Shown piece after piece: positions 17,053-28,838 of a stretch of 64,000 nt of DNA (its first letter is position 1; every line of letters starts with the position of its first letter). The position numbers and the translations under genes were made by a program. The DNA is from the human T2T-CHM13v2.0 reference genome, Homo sapiens. Below the pieces are notes generated by a model. That model was given only the letters and a program-made list of their open reading frames with translations, was not told the origin of the DNA and made no database searches. Where the stretch lies: assembly GCF_009914755.1 (NCBI RefSeq), contig NC_060936.1, one strand, 5' to 3'.

Positions 17053-18009
17053 GGCTGGAAGACAGGAAATTAGAAAGAGAGCAGGGAGAGTTATCCACGT
17101 AACACAGCCAGGATGGGCTCGTCTGACCCTAACAACCTGCATATGGGTGTTTACCTTGTCTGCAGGACTTTCTGCTTCTGATGCCATCATTAGAACAATA
17201 CTTATGAGAAGAGTACAAAGTTAGGAGCCAAAAGGCCCAGATGGTATCACAGCTGTGTCCGTTACCACCTATGTAACCTCAGGCAAGACGCCTCACCCGT
17301 GTCTCAATCCTTAATGAGAAAGTAACAACACCTGTGAAGAGTCCATTTGCAAATTAAATTAGGCTTAACGATGTTGACTGCTAAAAACAGTGGCTGGCAC
17401 ATGCCAGCCAGTGTTAGCTCTTTTCCTGGGAATGGCTGCTGTTATTATGATCACTATTTTAGTGAAAGCACACAGAGCCTTGGATGCTCCATCAGAGCAG
17501 ACAGTCTTGACTCAGAACACTCTGCGTCAAACCCAGTTTCCTCTGGTGACTTGCGGCCACAATAGGCAGGCGGTCTGGGGAGGAAGCTCAGATTAAATCC
17601 ACATCCCACTATGGACTGAGCAATGCTGGAGGAGGTGTCATGTGGCTGGGACAGGCGACAGGGCCCAGGGGTTAGTAGCAGGCGTTAGGATCCCCTGACA
17701 TGCACTAGCAGGAACACGATAGTGCTACAAAGCAGAGGCATGATGATGAGAACAGAGAGCAGTGATGGTTAAGGGAGCAGGCATGATGACAAAGTCTAGG
17801 GGCTTGTGTTCTTCTAGGGGGGATTGGAACGTTCCAGCCATAGTGCAGGATTTCAGTGCAGTTCAAGGACTGCAAACTCAAATGCCTACAGGGGCTGGGC
17901 TGGTGTTATAAGCAAGCAGTGCAGACTGTGCAAAATCCATGTGGCTGCTTTGTCCAGTAGTGGGGTCTATGAAGAGCTAGAGTGATGATGCTCAGTGCTC
18001 AGAGATGTG

Positions 18010-18605
18010 CCCATTATCTGCTGCTATGTAACGACGGCCACACACTTAGTAGCTGAAAATGGCACGCACTTATTGGCTCACAGTGCGGTGGGTGGGCTCA
18101 GCTGGGTTCATGCCCAGAGTATCAGAAGGCTGAAATCACAGTGTTGGTTGCCTGAGTTCTTACCAGGATGCTCTGAGGAAGAATCTGCTTCTAGAATTAT
18201 TTGGGTGGTGGCAGAATCCAGATCTTTGCAGTTATAGGACTGAGGTTGCCAATTCTTGGCAGGTTACTGGCTGGAATCCTCTCTTAGTTCCACAAGTCCA
18301 CCTGCATTCCTTCTCACTCCCCACCCTACCTTCATCGGCTTCAACACTAGGAACAATGCATGGAGTCTTTCTCATGCTTCCAGTCTCTCCACCTTCCCCT
18401 TCTGTCACCAGCTAGAGAAATCGCTCAGCTTTTAAGGACTCATGTGATTTCACTGGACTCACCCAGATAATCCAGGAAGATCACTCTATCACCTGTGCCA
18501 TGTAACAATATAACATAATCATGACAGCAGTCACTCATCCCATGCCCATGTTCTGGGAACTGGCGCAGAACATCTTTGGTGGGCCATTCCAGGAATTCTG
18601 CCTAA
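18010..18605 (-). mobile_element. MLT1 (MaLR) LTR
   Basis: gctgctatgtaac...gaagaatctgcttctagaattattt...taaggactcatgtgatttcactggactcacccagataatccagga. Confidence 0.65.
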
Positions 18606-19656
18606 TGAAGAGAGAGTTGCTACCTGATTTTGCCCCAGAGTGTCAGCAGGAGGGACCTGGGGTGCATGCAGGTCCTCATCCAGCCCACAGCACTGGCTTC
18701 TTCAAGTCTTCTTTGGGGGCAGATGGGCCAGGAAATCAACATGGTGTTTTCTGGTTTACAAAGAGCAGAGTAATACTCTCACATTTGGGATTAGAAGAAA
18801 AAAGAGCAGAGGAAAGTGGGAGAGAGAAAGCTGAAAGCATGAAGCTATTTGCTGAGAATGGATAATGAATTAGGGTGGACGATTGGCATTGCAACCCCCT
18901 TGGCATGGGGTATGGCCGGCCGCTCCCCATCTCCTGTCGCCCATCTGTCTTCATCAGCTGACAGTAATTGGTGTCCCCTAGCACTGACTTAGGGGGATTT
19001 GTGGATGTAGTTCATCTGATTTGCAGACACGACTCTTGAAAGGATAGAGCTCTAAATCATTTCTGGGCATGTGTTATTTTAAGTCATTCAGAATTTCTCA
19101 TCTTTGGGGAAATGCGCTGGCTTCTCCTGATGAAACACTACATTCCAGCCTCTCTGTAATGAGCTAATGGTAGAAGTTAGTCTCAATCATGCAGCAGGGC
19201 TGATGGAGATGGATCTTGGCAAGTCAACGGTGTTCTGAGGCTTTAATTCCGATTGTCTGCTGTTCAGGGGCTTTTTTATGTTAACTTCTTTCCCCATCTA
19301 GTTTGTGAAGAAAAATTATTCAAGAGGAAATGTCAGCCACGATGAACTTGCACACTGTTCAGTCTTTTATCTCACCCCTTAGAGTGTAGAAGGCTGGCAC
19401 CTTGTTCATGATATTTTCAACTTTGAAATAGAAAATCTGAATGGTTTTTACACCTACAAATAGAGGGTAGTAGCCTGCATGTTCCCCCAAGCCTTGTTTG
19501 CTCTAAAGAAAGTAGGATCGAAAAATGAAAGGAGAAATCACTTGGTATTTGTGCATGAGGTTGAGGCATTAGAAGGACTTATTGGATTGTGTGATTCATC
19601 AGCTGATATGGACAGAGGAGACGAGGGTGAGCACCAACATCGCTGAGCCATCTCTT

Positions 19657-19960
19657 CTGTCTTAGTTTTGGTCTGCTCAGAAGCTGAGCCTGAGACAAGG
19701 ATTCAGGTGCAAGTAGTTTATTCAGGTGGTGAAGACAATACCAGTAGAGAAGTCGGGGGTGATGGAAGGAAGAGAAATGCAACCAGTAGAGTGTATTACC
19801 AACTCAGCCGCCGCCAAGGGCAGCCGGAGCTCCTGTCTGCTGGGCGACTGTATGCCGGTCTAGAAAGGCCAGAAGAGTTACTGCACTTGAGGGGCAAGGG
19901 ATCTGGGATAAATATAACAACTTCCATGAGTCCTTCATTGAGGGCTGCCCACAGCATTTA
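19657..19960 (-). mobile_element. Old ERVL LTR (LTR33-like)
   Basis: tgtcttagttttggtctgctcagaagctgagcctgagacaaggattcaggtgcaagtagtttatt; reverse-complementary to 12458-12528. Confidence 0.6.
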
Positions 19961-20699
19961 TTAACTCCTTGGCACATCTTGCTGTAGGCACAACCACATG
20001 GATTCCAGAAGCCAGAGAGTGACCTTGGGCAAAAAATAAGTTAAAAAAAAAAAAAAAGCAAAGTTGATCATTGAAAGTTGAGCTAGCAGGAGCTGAATGG
20101 GCAGCCACCCAAAGAGAACTCCACACCCTCCTAAAACTTCCTACACAGGCTCACCCCTCAGAGCCAGCTGGTGTTGGCCAGGGCTTACCAACACAAGTGA
20201 TATGACCCAATCCAACTCAACCTGCCTTCACACACAGCAGAATGTATCAGTTCATGTCCAAGCATTTGGATCTTCAGCTACAGCTACATGTAGATGCTCA
20301 AACGATGTCATCAGAATTCTTTTTTTAATTGCTAGCATTCTTCCTTGGTCCTGCGGGATGTAGAGTCATCATTGCTGTGAACACTGGCTGCTCCCAGGCT
20401 ACTCCAATTTTTCCTTCTGGAATTCCTACCAAACAAGCGTTGGACATTCTCATTCTCTCCTTTATGTCTGTTCACCTGCCCTTCACAGTTTTATTTCTTG
20501 ATATGCCTGTGGTTCTATTTGGGGTAACGTGGGTGGCTTTGTCTCCCACTGCAGTAATTCTCTCCTTGAACATGTCTCATCTGCTGTTCGAACCACCCAT
20601 TGAGTCACTGATTTCAGTGACTGTGTTTTTCATTTCTAGAAATTCTACGTGGCTCTTTGCACCCCTTCCTGCTCTGCTTCCATTCGCTTCTTCTTCTTC

Positions 20700-21048
<349 letters not shown>

Positions 21049-21924
21049 TAATTAAATTTTTAATTTCTTTTTAATTTTGTTTCATAGACTATTTTTGTTG
21101 GTTCGTTTTATGTTATTTCATAAATAACATTTATTATGAAATTTATTTATTATGAAATGTATTATTATGAAATGTTATTATTTCATAAATAACATTATTT
21201 ATTGTTTTATTTCATAGACTGTTGTTTTTTGTTGGTTTCCTTTAAGTTATAGCCTTTGGAGTCTTCTATGATCTCACATATCAGTCTGCTCACCTTCCTG
21301 TGTAAATGTTTAACACAACCACTCCCGGTGCAGCCTTGCCACCTACAGGTTGTAACTTTTCTTTCTTTGTATCATGAGCACCTCTTGAGCCCTGGTTGCT
21401 CGGCTTTGTTTTGTTCTGAAGGAGGTTGTATTTGCATTTGCACAGGTCCAACTTCAAGTGAGTTTCTTTTCTCCCAATTCGCATACCACAGAGGTAGTTA
21501 TCCCACCCAAGTGTGGGCTTTTGGTTTTGAGTGGCGACATCTCCATCCAGTGCTCAGAGCGCACACAAGCTTTGCTGCTGTATCTCTGGCTCAGCAGGTA
21601 GGATTTTCCCATGCCCCGTCCATGGAGTGGGTGCTGCTACCTCCCTGGGCTGCAATGACAGTGTCCGGGATGGATGGGGACAAAGGTCCAGGAAGGCCAC
21701 GAGGTCAGACCTGGTTTGCTGTGAAAAAGGCAGGGAGGAAAGGAGGCAGCTACTTGACTTTTTCAGCAGAGGGTGAGTCATCATGGTCTTTGTGGGGCTG
21801 ATAAAATGGGCTCTGGCAGTGGTTGTTCTAGGGGGTCCCTAGCACAGTGGTCAAGAGCTCAGCTCTAAAGCCACAGCAGTTCCAGCCCTGATCCTGCCTC
21901 TTCCTAACGATATGACTGGACATA

Positions 21925-22536
21925 TTTCTTTTTTTTATTTTTTTAACTTTTATTTTCACTTCAGGGGTACCTGTGCAGGTTTGTCATGTAGCTACACTTG
22001 TGTCATGGGGGTTGGTTGTACAGATTATTTCATGACCCAGGTATTAAGCCTAGTACCCATTAGTTATTATTCTTGATCCTCTCCCTGGTCCCACCCTCCA
22101 CCCTCCAATAGGCCCAGTGTGTGCTGTTCCCCTCTATCTGTCCATGTGTTCTCATCATTTAGCTCCCACTTAGAAGTGAGAACATGTAGTGTTGGGTTTT
22201 CTGTTTCTGTGTCAGTTTGCTAAGAATAATGGCCTCTAGCTCCATCTGGTCCCTGCAAAGGATGGGATCTTGTTCTTTTTATGGCTGCATAGTATTCCAC
22301 GGTGTGTGTGTACCACATTTTCTTTATCCAGTTTATCATTAATGGTCTGGAGAGTTTTTCCTAGATGAATGGAGGAGGCTGAAATATGCAATTCTAAGCA
22401 CAAAGTGGAGAGCCTGTATCCACTGGGCACTTGCTGTGGATCAGGTGCCATTTAGGTTGACTTTGTGTCTTCGCTATTGTGACTCCATGTCTTTGCTATT
22501 GTGAATAGTGCTGCGATGAACATATGCGTGCATGTG
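21925..22536 (-). mobile_element. L1P 3' end inserted in a MIR, interrupted at 22346-22447
   Basis: PolyT then gggtacctgtgcaggtttg...tagctcccacttagaagtgagaacatg...tttgctattgtgaatagtgctgc. Confidence 0.88.
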
Positions 22537-22934
22537 AGCACAGTTCTTAACCTCTCTTTGGGCAGGAAGCATAACCCAACCTACTTTGTGGAAGAGGAGA
22601 AAATGCGTTCTGTAATAACTGCGAACAACACCTGACCCACAGCGAGTGCCCAGTGGATATGGACTGTCTGTTTTATGATTAGGATTGCACATTTCACCCT
22701 CCTCTATTCATGGGAGTTCCCACTCTTGGAAGCAGAATAGAAGTACCCATGGCTAAGTCAAGAATAAGGCCTTCTGTGGGATTATGTTTGCTGTGGGCAC
22801 ACAAAGGGGAGAGGATGTCATTATTGCCCTGGGGAGGAGGCGAGACAGCAGGAAACCTTGTGCTCATGAGAATCTGCCAGTCACATAGGCATGGGTGTGA
22901 GTGGCATTTCTAGGCCAGTAGCTTCCCCTTTTTT

Positions 22935-23045
22935 TGGAATATTATTCAGCCATAAAAAGAATGAAATATTGCCATTTGCAGCAACATGGATGATCCTGGA
23001 AGACATTACTTTGAGTAAAATAAGCCAGGCACATAAAGTCAATTT
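22935..23045 (+). mobile_element. Short L1 3' fragment
   Basis: tggaatattattcagccataaaaaagaatgaaatattgccatttgcagcaacatggatg. Confidence 0.75.
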
Positions 23046-23882
23046 TTTTTTACCAGTCCCCACAATGGCAAATAGTTTTTACATAGCTGTTGGGTCACTG
23101 ACAGAAGTATAGTGAGTCTGCAAAATAAACTCAGCCCCTTCACACTGGCCCTTTGCTTCCTCTTTCACTCTGCTACCCATGCAGAGCAAGGGCAGCACAA
23201 TTGAACCGGGCCCACCAGCCAATGCCATGTACTGCGTCCCACACATCACTGCCGCCCAACTACAGCCAAGCAAAGCATCTGCAATGGCTCAACAGGGTCA
23301 ACCTTAAAGGGCAAAATGCTCTTGTTTTCTTGTTTCTCAGGCAAAGCTTAATTCACTGGGGGCAGTGCAGGGAGAAGAGGGGAGGTTCCTTTCTGATGTC
23401 ATTGGTTCTGACAGTGTTTCCTGCCCATCAACCTTTGTCATCAGGCTGGATACAGACAACAGCTGTATCCATTCATCATACTTAGGCCACTAATCACAGA
23501 GTGTGTGACAAAATGACCAGGGCCTGCCCTAGAAGCCAGTCATTGTCTGTGAAGATGCACCGGCTGACTGATTCAAGCAATACCTGTGTGGATAAAGCCA
23601 CCCGGAGCCTCATCTCTCTTAGGGATTTTTGTTTTGCCATTTGTTTGTTCTGGGTAAGGATTATGAGGGCACTGTTAGTCACATCCCCATTTGTTCTTGT
23701 TTAAATTAAGGTGGTTTCTCTGCCCCTGATAGAAAACCTGTATGATTTCTCCCCAGATGCATGAGCTACTGGGTCTGGATTTGAGGTCCTGCTCCCTGTT
23801 TCATTGGGCGTCCTCCTAGGAGGGGGTTTCTAAGGGAAGAGGCATCCCCCAGGTGGTCTTCTAACTGCCTGTGTCCCTGCAG

Positions 23883-25088
23883 GAGGCTGTATTCAGCACG
23901 TGGCTGCAGTTCAGTGATGGCTCTGTGACGCCCCTGGACATCTACGACACCAAGGACTTCTCCCTGGCAGCCACCTCCCAGGACGAGGCTGTCGTGTCAG
24001 TCCCCCAGCCCCGCTCTCCCAGGTGGCCCGTTGTGGTGGCCGAAGGGGAAGGCCAGGGCCCACTGATCCGAGTGGACATGACGATCGCCGAGGCCTGCCA
24101 GAAATCTAAACGCAAGAGCATCCTGGCTGTGGGCGTCGGCAACGTCAGGGTCAAGTTCGGACAGAACGATGCTGACTCCAGCCCCGGCGGGGACTATGAG
24201 GAAGATGAGATCAAGAACCACGCCAGCGACCGCCGGCAGAAGGGCCAGCACCATGAGCGCACAGGCCAGGATGGGCACCTCTATGGCAGCTCTCCCGTGG
24301 AGCGTGAGGAAGGGGCTCTCCGAAGAGCCACTACCACGGCCAGGTCCCTGCTGGACAACAAAGTGGTGAAGAACAGTCGGGCAGACGGGGGCAGGCTGGC
24401 AGGAGAGGGGCAGCTGCAGAACATCCCCATTGACTTCACCAACTTCCCTGCCCACGTGGACCTCCCCAAGGCCGGGAGTGGGCTGGAGGAAAACGACCTG
24501 GTGCAGACTCCGCGGGGCCTGAGTGATCTGGAGATAGGGATGTACGCCCTCCTGGGGGTGTTCTGCCTGGCCATCCTCGTCTTCCTGATCAACTGCGCCA
24601 CCTTTGCCCTGAAGTACAGGCACAAGCAAGTGCCCCTGGAAGGTCAGGCCTCCATGACCCACTCTCACGACTGGGTGTGGCTTGGCAATGAGGCCGAACT
24701 CCTGGAGAGCATGGGGGATGCGCCGCCGCCCCAGGACGAGCACACCACCATCATAGACCGCGGACCGGGGGCCTGCGAGGAGAGCAACCATCTCCTGCTC
24801 AATGGTGGCTCCCACAAGCACGTGCAGAGCCAGATTCACAGGTCAGCCGACTCCGGGGGGCGGCAGGGCAGAGAACAGAAGCAGGACCCCCTGCACTCGC
24901 CCACCTCCAAGAGGAAGAAGGTGAAATTTACCACCTTTACCACCATCCCCCCGGACGACAGCTGCCCCACGGTGAACTCCATCGTCAGCAGCAATGATGA
25001 GGACATCAAATGGGTGTGTCAAGACGTGGCTGTGGGTGCCCCCAAGGAACTTAGAAACTATCTGGAGAAACTCAAAGATAAGGCTTAG
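23883..25088 (+). CDS. TMEM132C: TMEM132C terminal coding exon (401 aa + TAG): end of ectodomain, TM helix, cytoplasmic tail
   Basis: CTAAC branch point at 23861-23865 and ccctgcag|GAG acceptor. ORF runs EAVFSTWLQFSDGSVTPLDIYD...LEIGMYALLGVFCLAILVFLINC...HSHDWVWLG...KRKKVKFTTF...ELRNYLEKLKDKA*. The C-terminus is the one I recall for the C paralog. Confidence 0.97.
   Translation, partial: EAVFSTWLQFSDGSVTPLDIYDTKDFSLAATSQDEAVVSVPQPRSPRWPVVVAEGEGQGPLIRVDMTIAEACQKSKRKSILAVGVGNVRVKFGQNDADSSPGGDYEEDEIKNHASDRRQKGQHHERTGQDGHLYGSSPVEREEGALRRATTTARSLLDNKVVKNSRADGGRLAGEGQLQNIPIDFTNFPAHVDLPKAGSGLEENDLVQTPRGLSDLEIGMYALLGVFCLAILVFLINCATFALKYRHKQVPLEGQASMTHSHDWVWLGNEAELLESMGDAPPPQDEHTTIIDRGPGACEESNHLLLNGGSHKHVQSQIHRSADSGGRQGREQKQDPLHSPTSKRKKVKFTTFTTIPPDDSCPTVNSIVSSNDEDIKWVCQDVAVGAPKELRNYLEKLKDKA
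24534..24611 (+). other. TMEM132C: Single transmembrane helix coding segment
   Basis: IGMYALLGVFCLAILVFLINCATFAL, followed by basic KYRHK (positive-inside rule). Confidence 0.9.
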
Positions 25089-26705
25089 GCCCCTCTAGCC
25101 AAAGGGCCCTGCCCAGATGCCTTCCTTGTACTGGAAACTGGCCCAAGTGGGGCAGAAGGCGTTGTCAGTGGGGTTAAGAAGGGACGGTCCCAGGGTCCAT
25201 GCTAGACCAGTTGGAAAGTTTTGAAGTCAGGAAAAGACGTTTTTGTATCAAGGGATTTTTAGCAGTTAATGGTGGTGGATTTTTAAAGGTCAGGGGAATA
25301 AAGTCTGGGGCATGGGGAGTGCAGACCAAGTTACTGAACTGCACAGGCAAAATTAGGAAGGTTATTTTATGAGTCAAAACATACTACAGACAAGCTACCA
25401 AAAATTATTTGTTAAAAAATGCAACAAGACAAATAAAAAGAGAAATAATCATCTGTTTATATTTCTAATAAAGGAGCAAAATATAAAAATAGGACCTGCT
25501 AAGAGACATTTTCCATTCTAATTCACGATTCACTTTTCCAAGGACAGCCTTCAACTGTCACCACACAGCTGGGGGGGAGTCATTTCTTAACAAGGGATGC
25601 CTCTTGGGATAGAACTAGGGAGTTTTAAATCTTTACTTGATCATCTTTTATTTTCTTTTCCACTTTTTCCTTTTTTCTCTCTCTCTGTGTCCTAGACTTC
25701 CATTGCATTTATATTTAATGTTTATTTCTGAGAATCAAGCAGTATATTTTTCCTAAATGAAACATAAATTATATTCCTATTCATTAGATAGGTTCCTAGG
25801 AACAATGCCAATTAATCCATTGTTTAAGTAGTAACTTGAATGTTTTTCTATATCCCTCCAGCTTTGTTGATAGTGGCGGGTTTTGTACAATTGGAGGGAG
25901 CCCTCAGAGCCTTCTGGGGGAGGAGAGGAACTGTCCTTAATCCATCACCACTACCATAGGGCAAAGCCAGCAGGTGTGGCCCTGTGAGGGGCTGTACAGA
26001 TGGGATGTGGCCAGGAGAACAGAGCCCCACCTGGACCACCTGACCCCTCGGGATTCCACCCCTGTCATCGTGGGGATGTTCCTATATGGGAGAAAGTTGG
26101 GTTAAATCAAAAAAGAGGCCACGCCCAGGTGTAATCAGAGCCAACCTGGTGGGCTGGGTCTATCACAAGACATAACTGATGCTGAACATGAACAAAGATA
26201 AAAACTGTTTGGAGGGTTTTTGAGTTGTTTTTCTTATGTTGTTGGGTGGGGTATACCAGCATAAACTCTAAAGATAAAATCTATGTTAGATTGTCAATCA
26301 ACTGTGTTTTTGAACAGCATAATTGTGTAGCAGCACATTGCAAAAATGCATTCATCCAAAGCGACACATGTGGCAACGTAGACCACGCCAGTGAAATAAG
26401 CCCCTTCGTGATCACCTGACTCCAGTTCTCCGTGTGCTCCATTGGCTGCGGCTGCAGGAGGAAGATGCCTGACAGCCCTCATGCTCTCCGCAGGGGGGCG
26501 CTCACAAAGATGCCAGGGGTGTTTATTGTGTTTATTTTTTTAATTACTAAAATCAGTAGCTAAGAAAGGGTCCTTGAAGCCTCCTAACCTGGGTTGGACC
26601 TTTGAAAAATATATTTGTAGCACATATTATAGATGGAAAGAAGAAGATATTTATTTATACCTGTGATGCCAATTGTCATTAAAAGGCTTTTCATGGCTTG
26701 ACAAG
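25089..26705 (+). other. TMEM132C: TMEM132C 3'UTR (~1.6 kb, end approximate)
   Basis: Repeat-free sequence with AU-rich stretches between the stop codon and an ATTAAA signal with a downstream GU-rich element. Confidence 0.8.
26488..26503 (+). promoter_or_regulatory. Candidate CTCF core motif in 3'UTR
   Basis: CCGCAGGGGGGCGCTC resembles the CCRSNAGRKGGCGC consensus; motif match only. Confidence 0.45.
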
Positions 26706-26735
26706 TCAGTGTCTTGTGGGGTGTGTTTTGTTTCA
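26678..26735 (+). terminator. Polyadenylation signal ATTAAA with GU/U-rich downstream element
   Basis: ATTAAA at 26678-26683, candidate CA cleavage sites ~20 nt later, then gtgtcttgtggggtgtgttttgttt. Confidence 0.75.
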
Positions 26736-26882
26736 CTTAATTGCTATTTCCCACCCCAAAATATACAACCCCAGAAGAATTAAACCCTTAGGCTAAAGGG
26801 AAGACAATATATTTGCCAATCTTTAAAAAAAAAAACTTTTTCCCTTTTGGTTTCTTGACTGATCCACAGTGATTCCTAATAC

Positions 26883-28838
26883 GGAGGGCTTTCATTCATA
26901 GATCCACCGTCATCCACACCAGTGCTCAAAGTCAGCAAGCAGGAGGGCGTTCATTCATAGACTCACCATCATCCACACCAGTCCTCAAAGTCAGCAAGCA
27001 GGAGGGCGTTCATTCATACACTCACCATCATCCACACCAGTGCTCAAAGTCAGCAAGCAGGAGGGCGTTCATTCATACACTCACCATCATCCACACCAGT
27101 GCTCAAAGTCAGCAAGCAGGAGGGCGTTCATTCATAGACTCACCATCATCCACACCAGTGCTCAAACTCAGCAAGCAGGAGGGCGTTCATTCATACACTC
27201 ACCATCATCCACACCAGTGCTCAAAGTCAGCAAGCAGGAGGGCGTTCATTCATAGACTCACCATCATCCACACCAGTGCTCAAAGTCAGCAAGCAGGAGG
27301 GCGTTCATTCATAGACTCACCATCATCCACACCAGTGCTCAAAGTCAGCAAGCAGGAGGGCGTTCATTCATACACTCACCATCATCCACACCAGTGCTCA
27401 AAGTCAGCAAGCAGGAGGGCGTTCATTCATAGACTCACCATCATCCACACCAGTGCTCAAAGTCAGCAAGCAGGAGGGCGTTCATTCATAGACTCACCAT
27501 CATCCACACCAGTGCCCAAAGTCAGAGAGCAGGAGGGCCTTCATTCATAGACCCACCATCTTCCACACCAGCGTTCAGAGTCAGTGAGGAGAAGGGTGTT
27601 CATTCATAGATCCACCGTCATCCACACCAGTGCTCAAAGTCAGCAAGCAGGAGGGCGTTCATTCATAAGATCCACTGTCATCCACACCAGTATCCAAAAT
27701 CAATGAGCAGGAGGGCGTTCATTCATAGACTCACCATCATCCACACCAGTGCTCAAAGTCAGCAAGCAGGAGGGCGTTCATTCATAGACTCACCATCATC
27801 CACACCAGTACTCAAAGTCAGCAAGCAGGAGGGCGTTCATTCATAGACTCACCATCATCCACACCAGTACTCAAAGTCAGCAAGCAGGAGGGCGTTCATT
27901 CATACACTCACCATCATCCACACCAGTGCTCAAAGTCAGCAAGCAGGAGGGCGTTCATTCATACACTCACCATCATCCACACCAGTGCTCAAAGTCAGCA
28001 AGCAGGAGGGCGTTCATTCATAGACTCACCATCATCCACACCAGTGCTCAAAGTCAGCAAGCAGGAGGGCGTTCATTCATAGACTCACCATCATCCACAA
28101 CAGTGCCCAAAGTCAGAGAGCAGGAGGGCCTTCATTCATAGACCCACCATCTTCCACACCAGCGTTCAGAGTCAGTGAGGAGAAGGGTGTTCATTCATAG
28201 ATCCACCGTCATCCACACCGGTGCTCAAACTCAGCAAGCAGGAGGGCGTTCATTCATACACTCACCATCATCCACACCAGTGCTCAAAGTCAGCAAGCAG
28301 GAGGGCGTTCATTCATAGACTCACCATCATCCACACCAGTGCTCAAAGTCAGCAAGCAGGAGGGCGTTCATTCATAGACTCACCATCATCCACACCAGTG
28401 CTCAAAGTCAGCAAGCAGGAGGGCGTTCATTCATACACTCACCATCATCCACACCAGTGCTCAAAGTCAGCAAGCAGGAGGGCGTTCATTCATAGACTCA
28501 CCATCATCCACACCAGTGCTCAAAGTCAGCAAGCAGGAGGGCGTTCATTCATACACTCACCATCATCCACACCAGTGCCCAAAGTCAGAGAGCAGGAGGG
28601 CCTTCATTCATAGACCCACCATCTTCCACACCAGCGTTCAGAGTCAGTGAGGAGAAGGGTGTTCATTCATAGATCCACCGTCATCCACACCAGTGCTCAA
28701 AGTCAGCAAGCAGGAGGGCTTTCATTCATAAGATCCACCGTCATCCACACCAGTATCCAAAATCAATGAGCAGGAGGGTGTTCATTCACTGATCCACCGT
28801 CATCCGCACCAGTACCCAAAATCAGTGAGCAGGAGAGC
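26883..28838. repeat. 59-bp minisatellite (VNTR), ~33 copies, with higher-order structure
   Basis: Unit ttcattcatagactcaccatcatccacaccagtgctcaaagtcagcaagcaggagggcg repeated with few variants. Confidence 0.97.

Noticed and set aside
23851-23885. Alternative acceptors at the last exon (upstream cag 30 nt earlier giving VVF*, and CAG-GAG NAGNAG)
   Set aside because: The upstream AG lacks a good pyrimidine tract and lies 5' of the branch point; GAG acceptors are rarely used; no transcript evidence available.
23997-24839. 280-aa antisense ORF
   Set aside because: Shadow of the GC3-rich TMEM132C coding frame; no independent gene signals.
27040-28613. Repetitive ORFs and CRISPR-like periodicity in the 59-bp array
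   Set aside because: Units are contiguous with no unique spacers, there are no cas genes and the context is primate; the ORFs are repeat translations.
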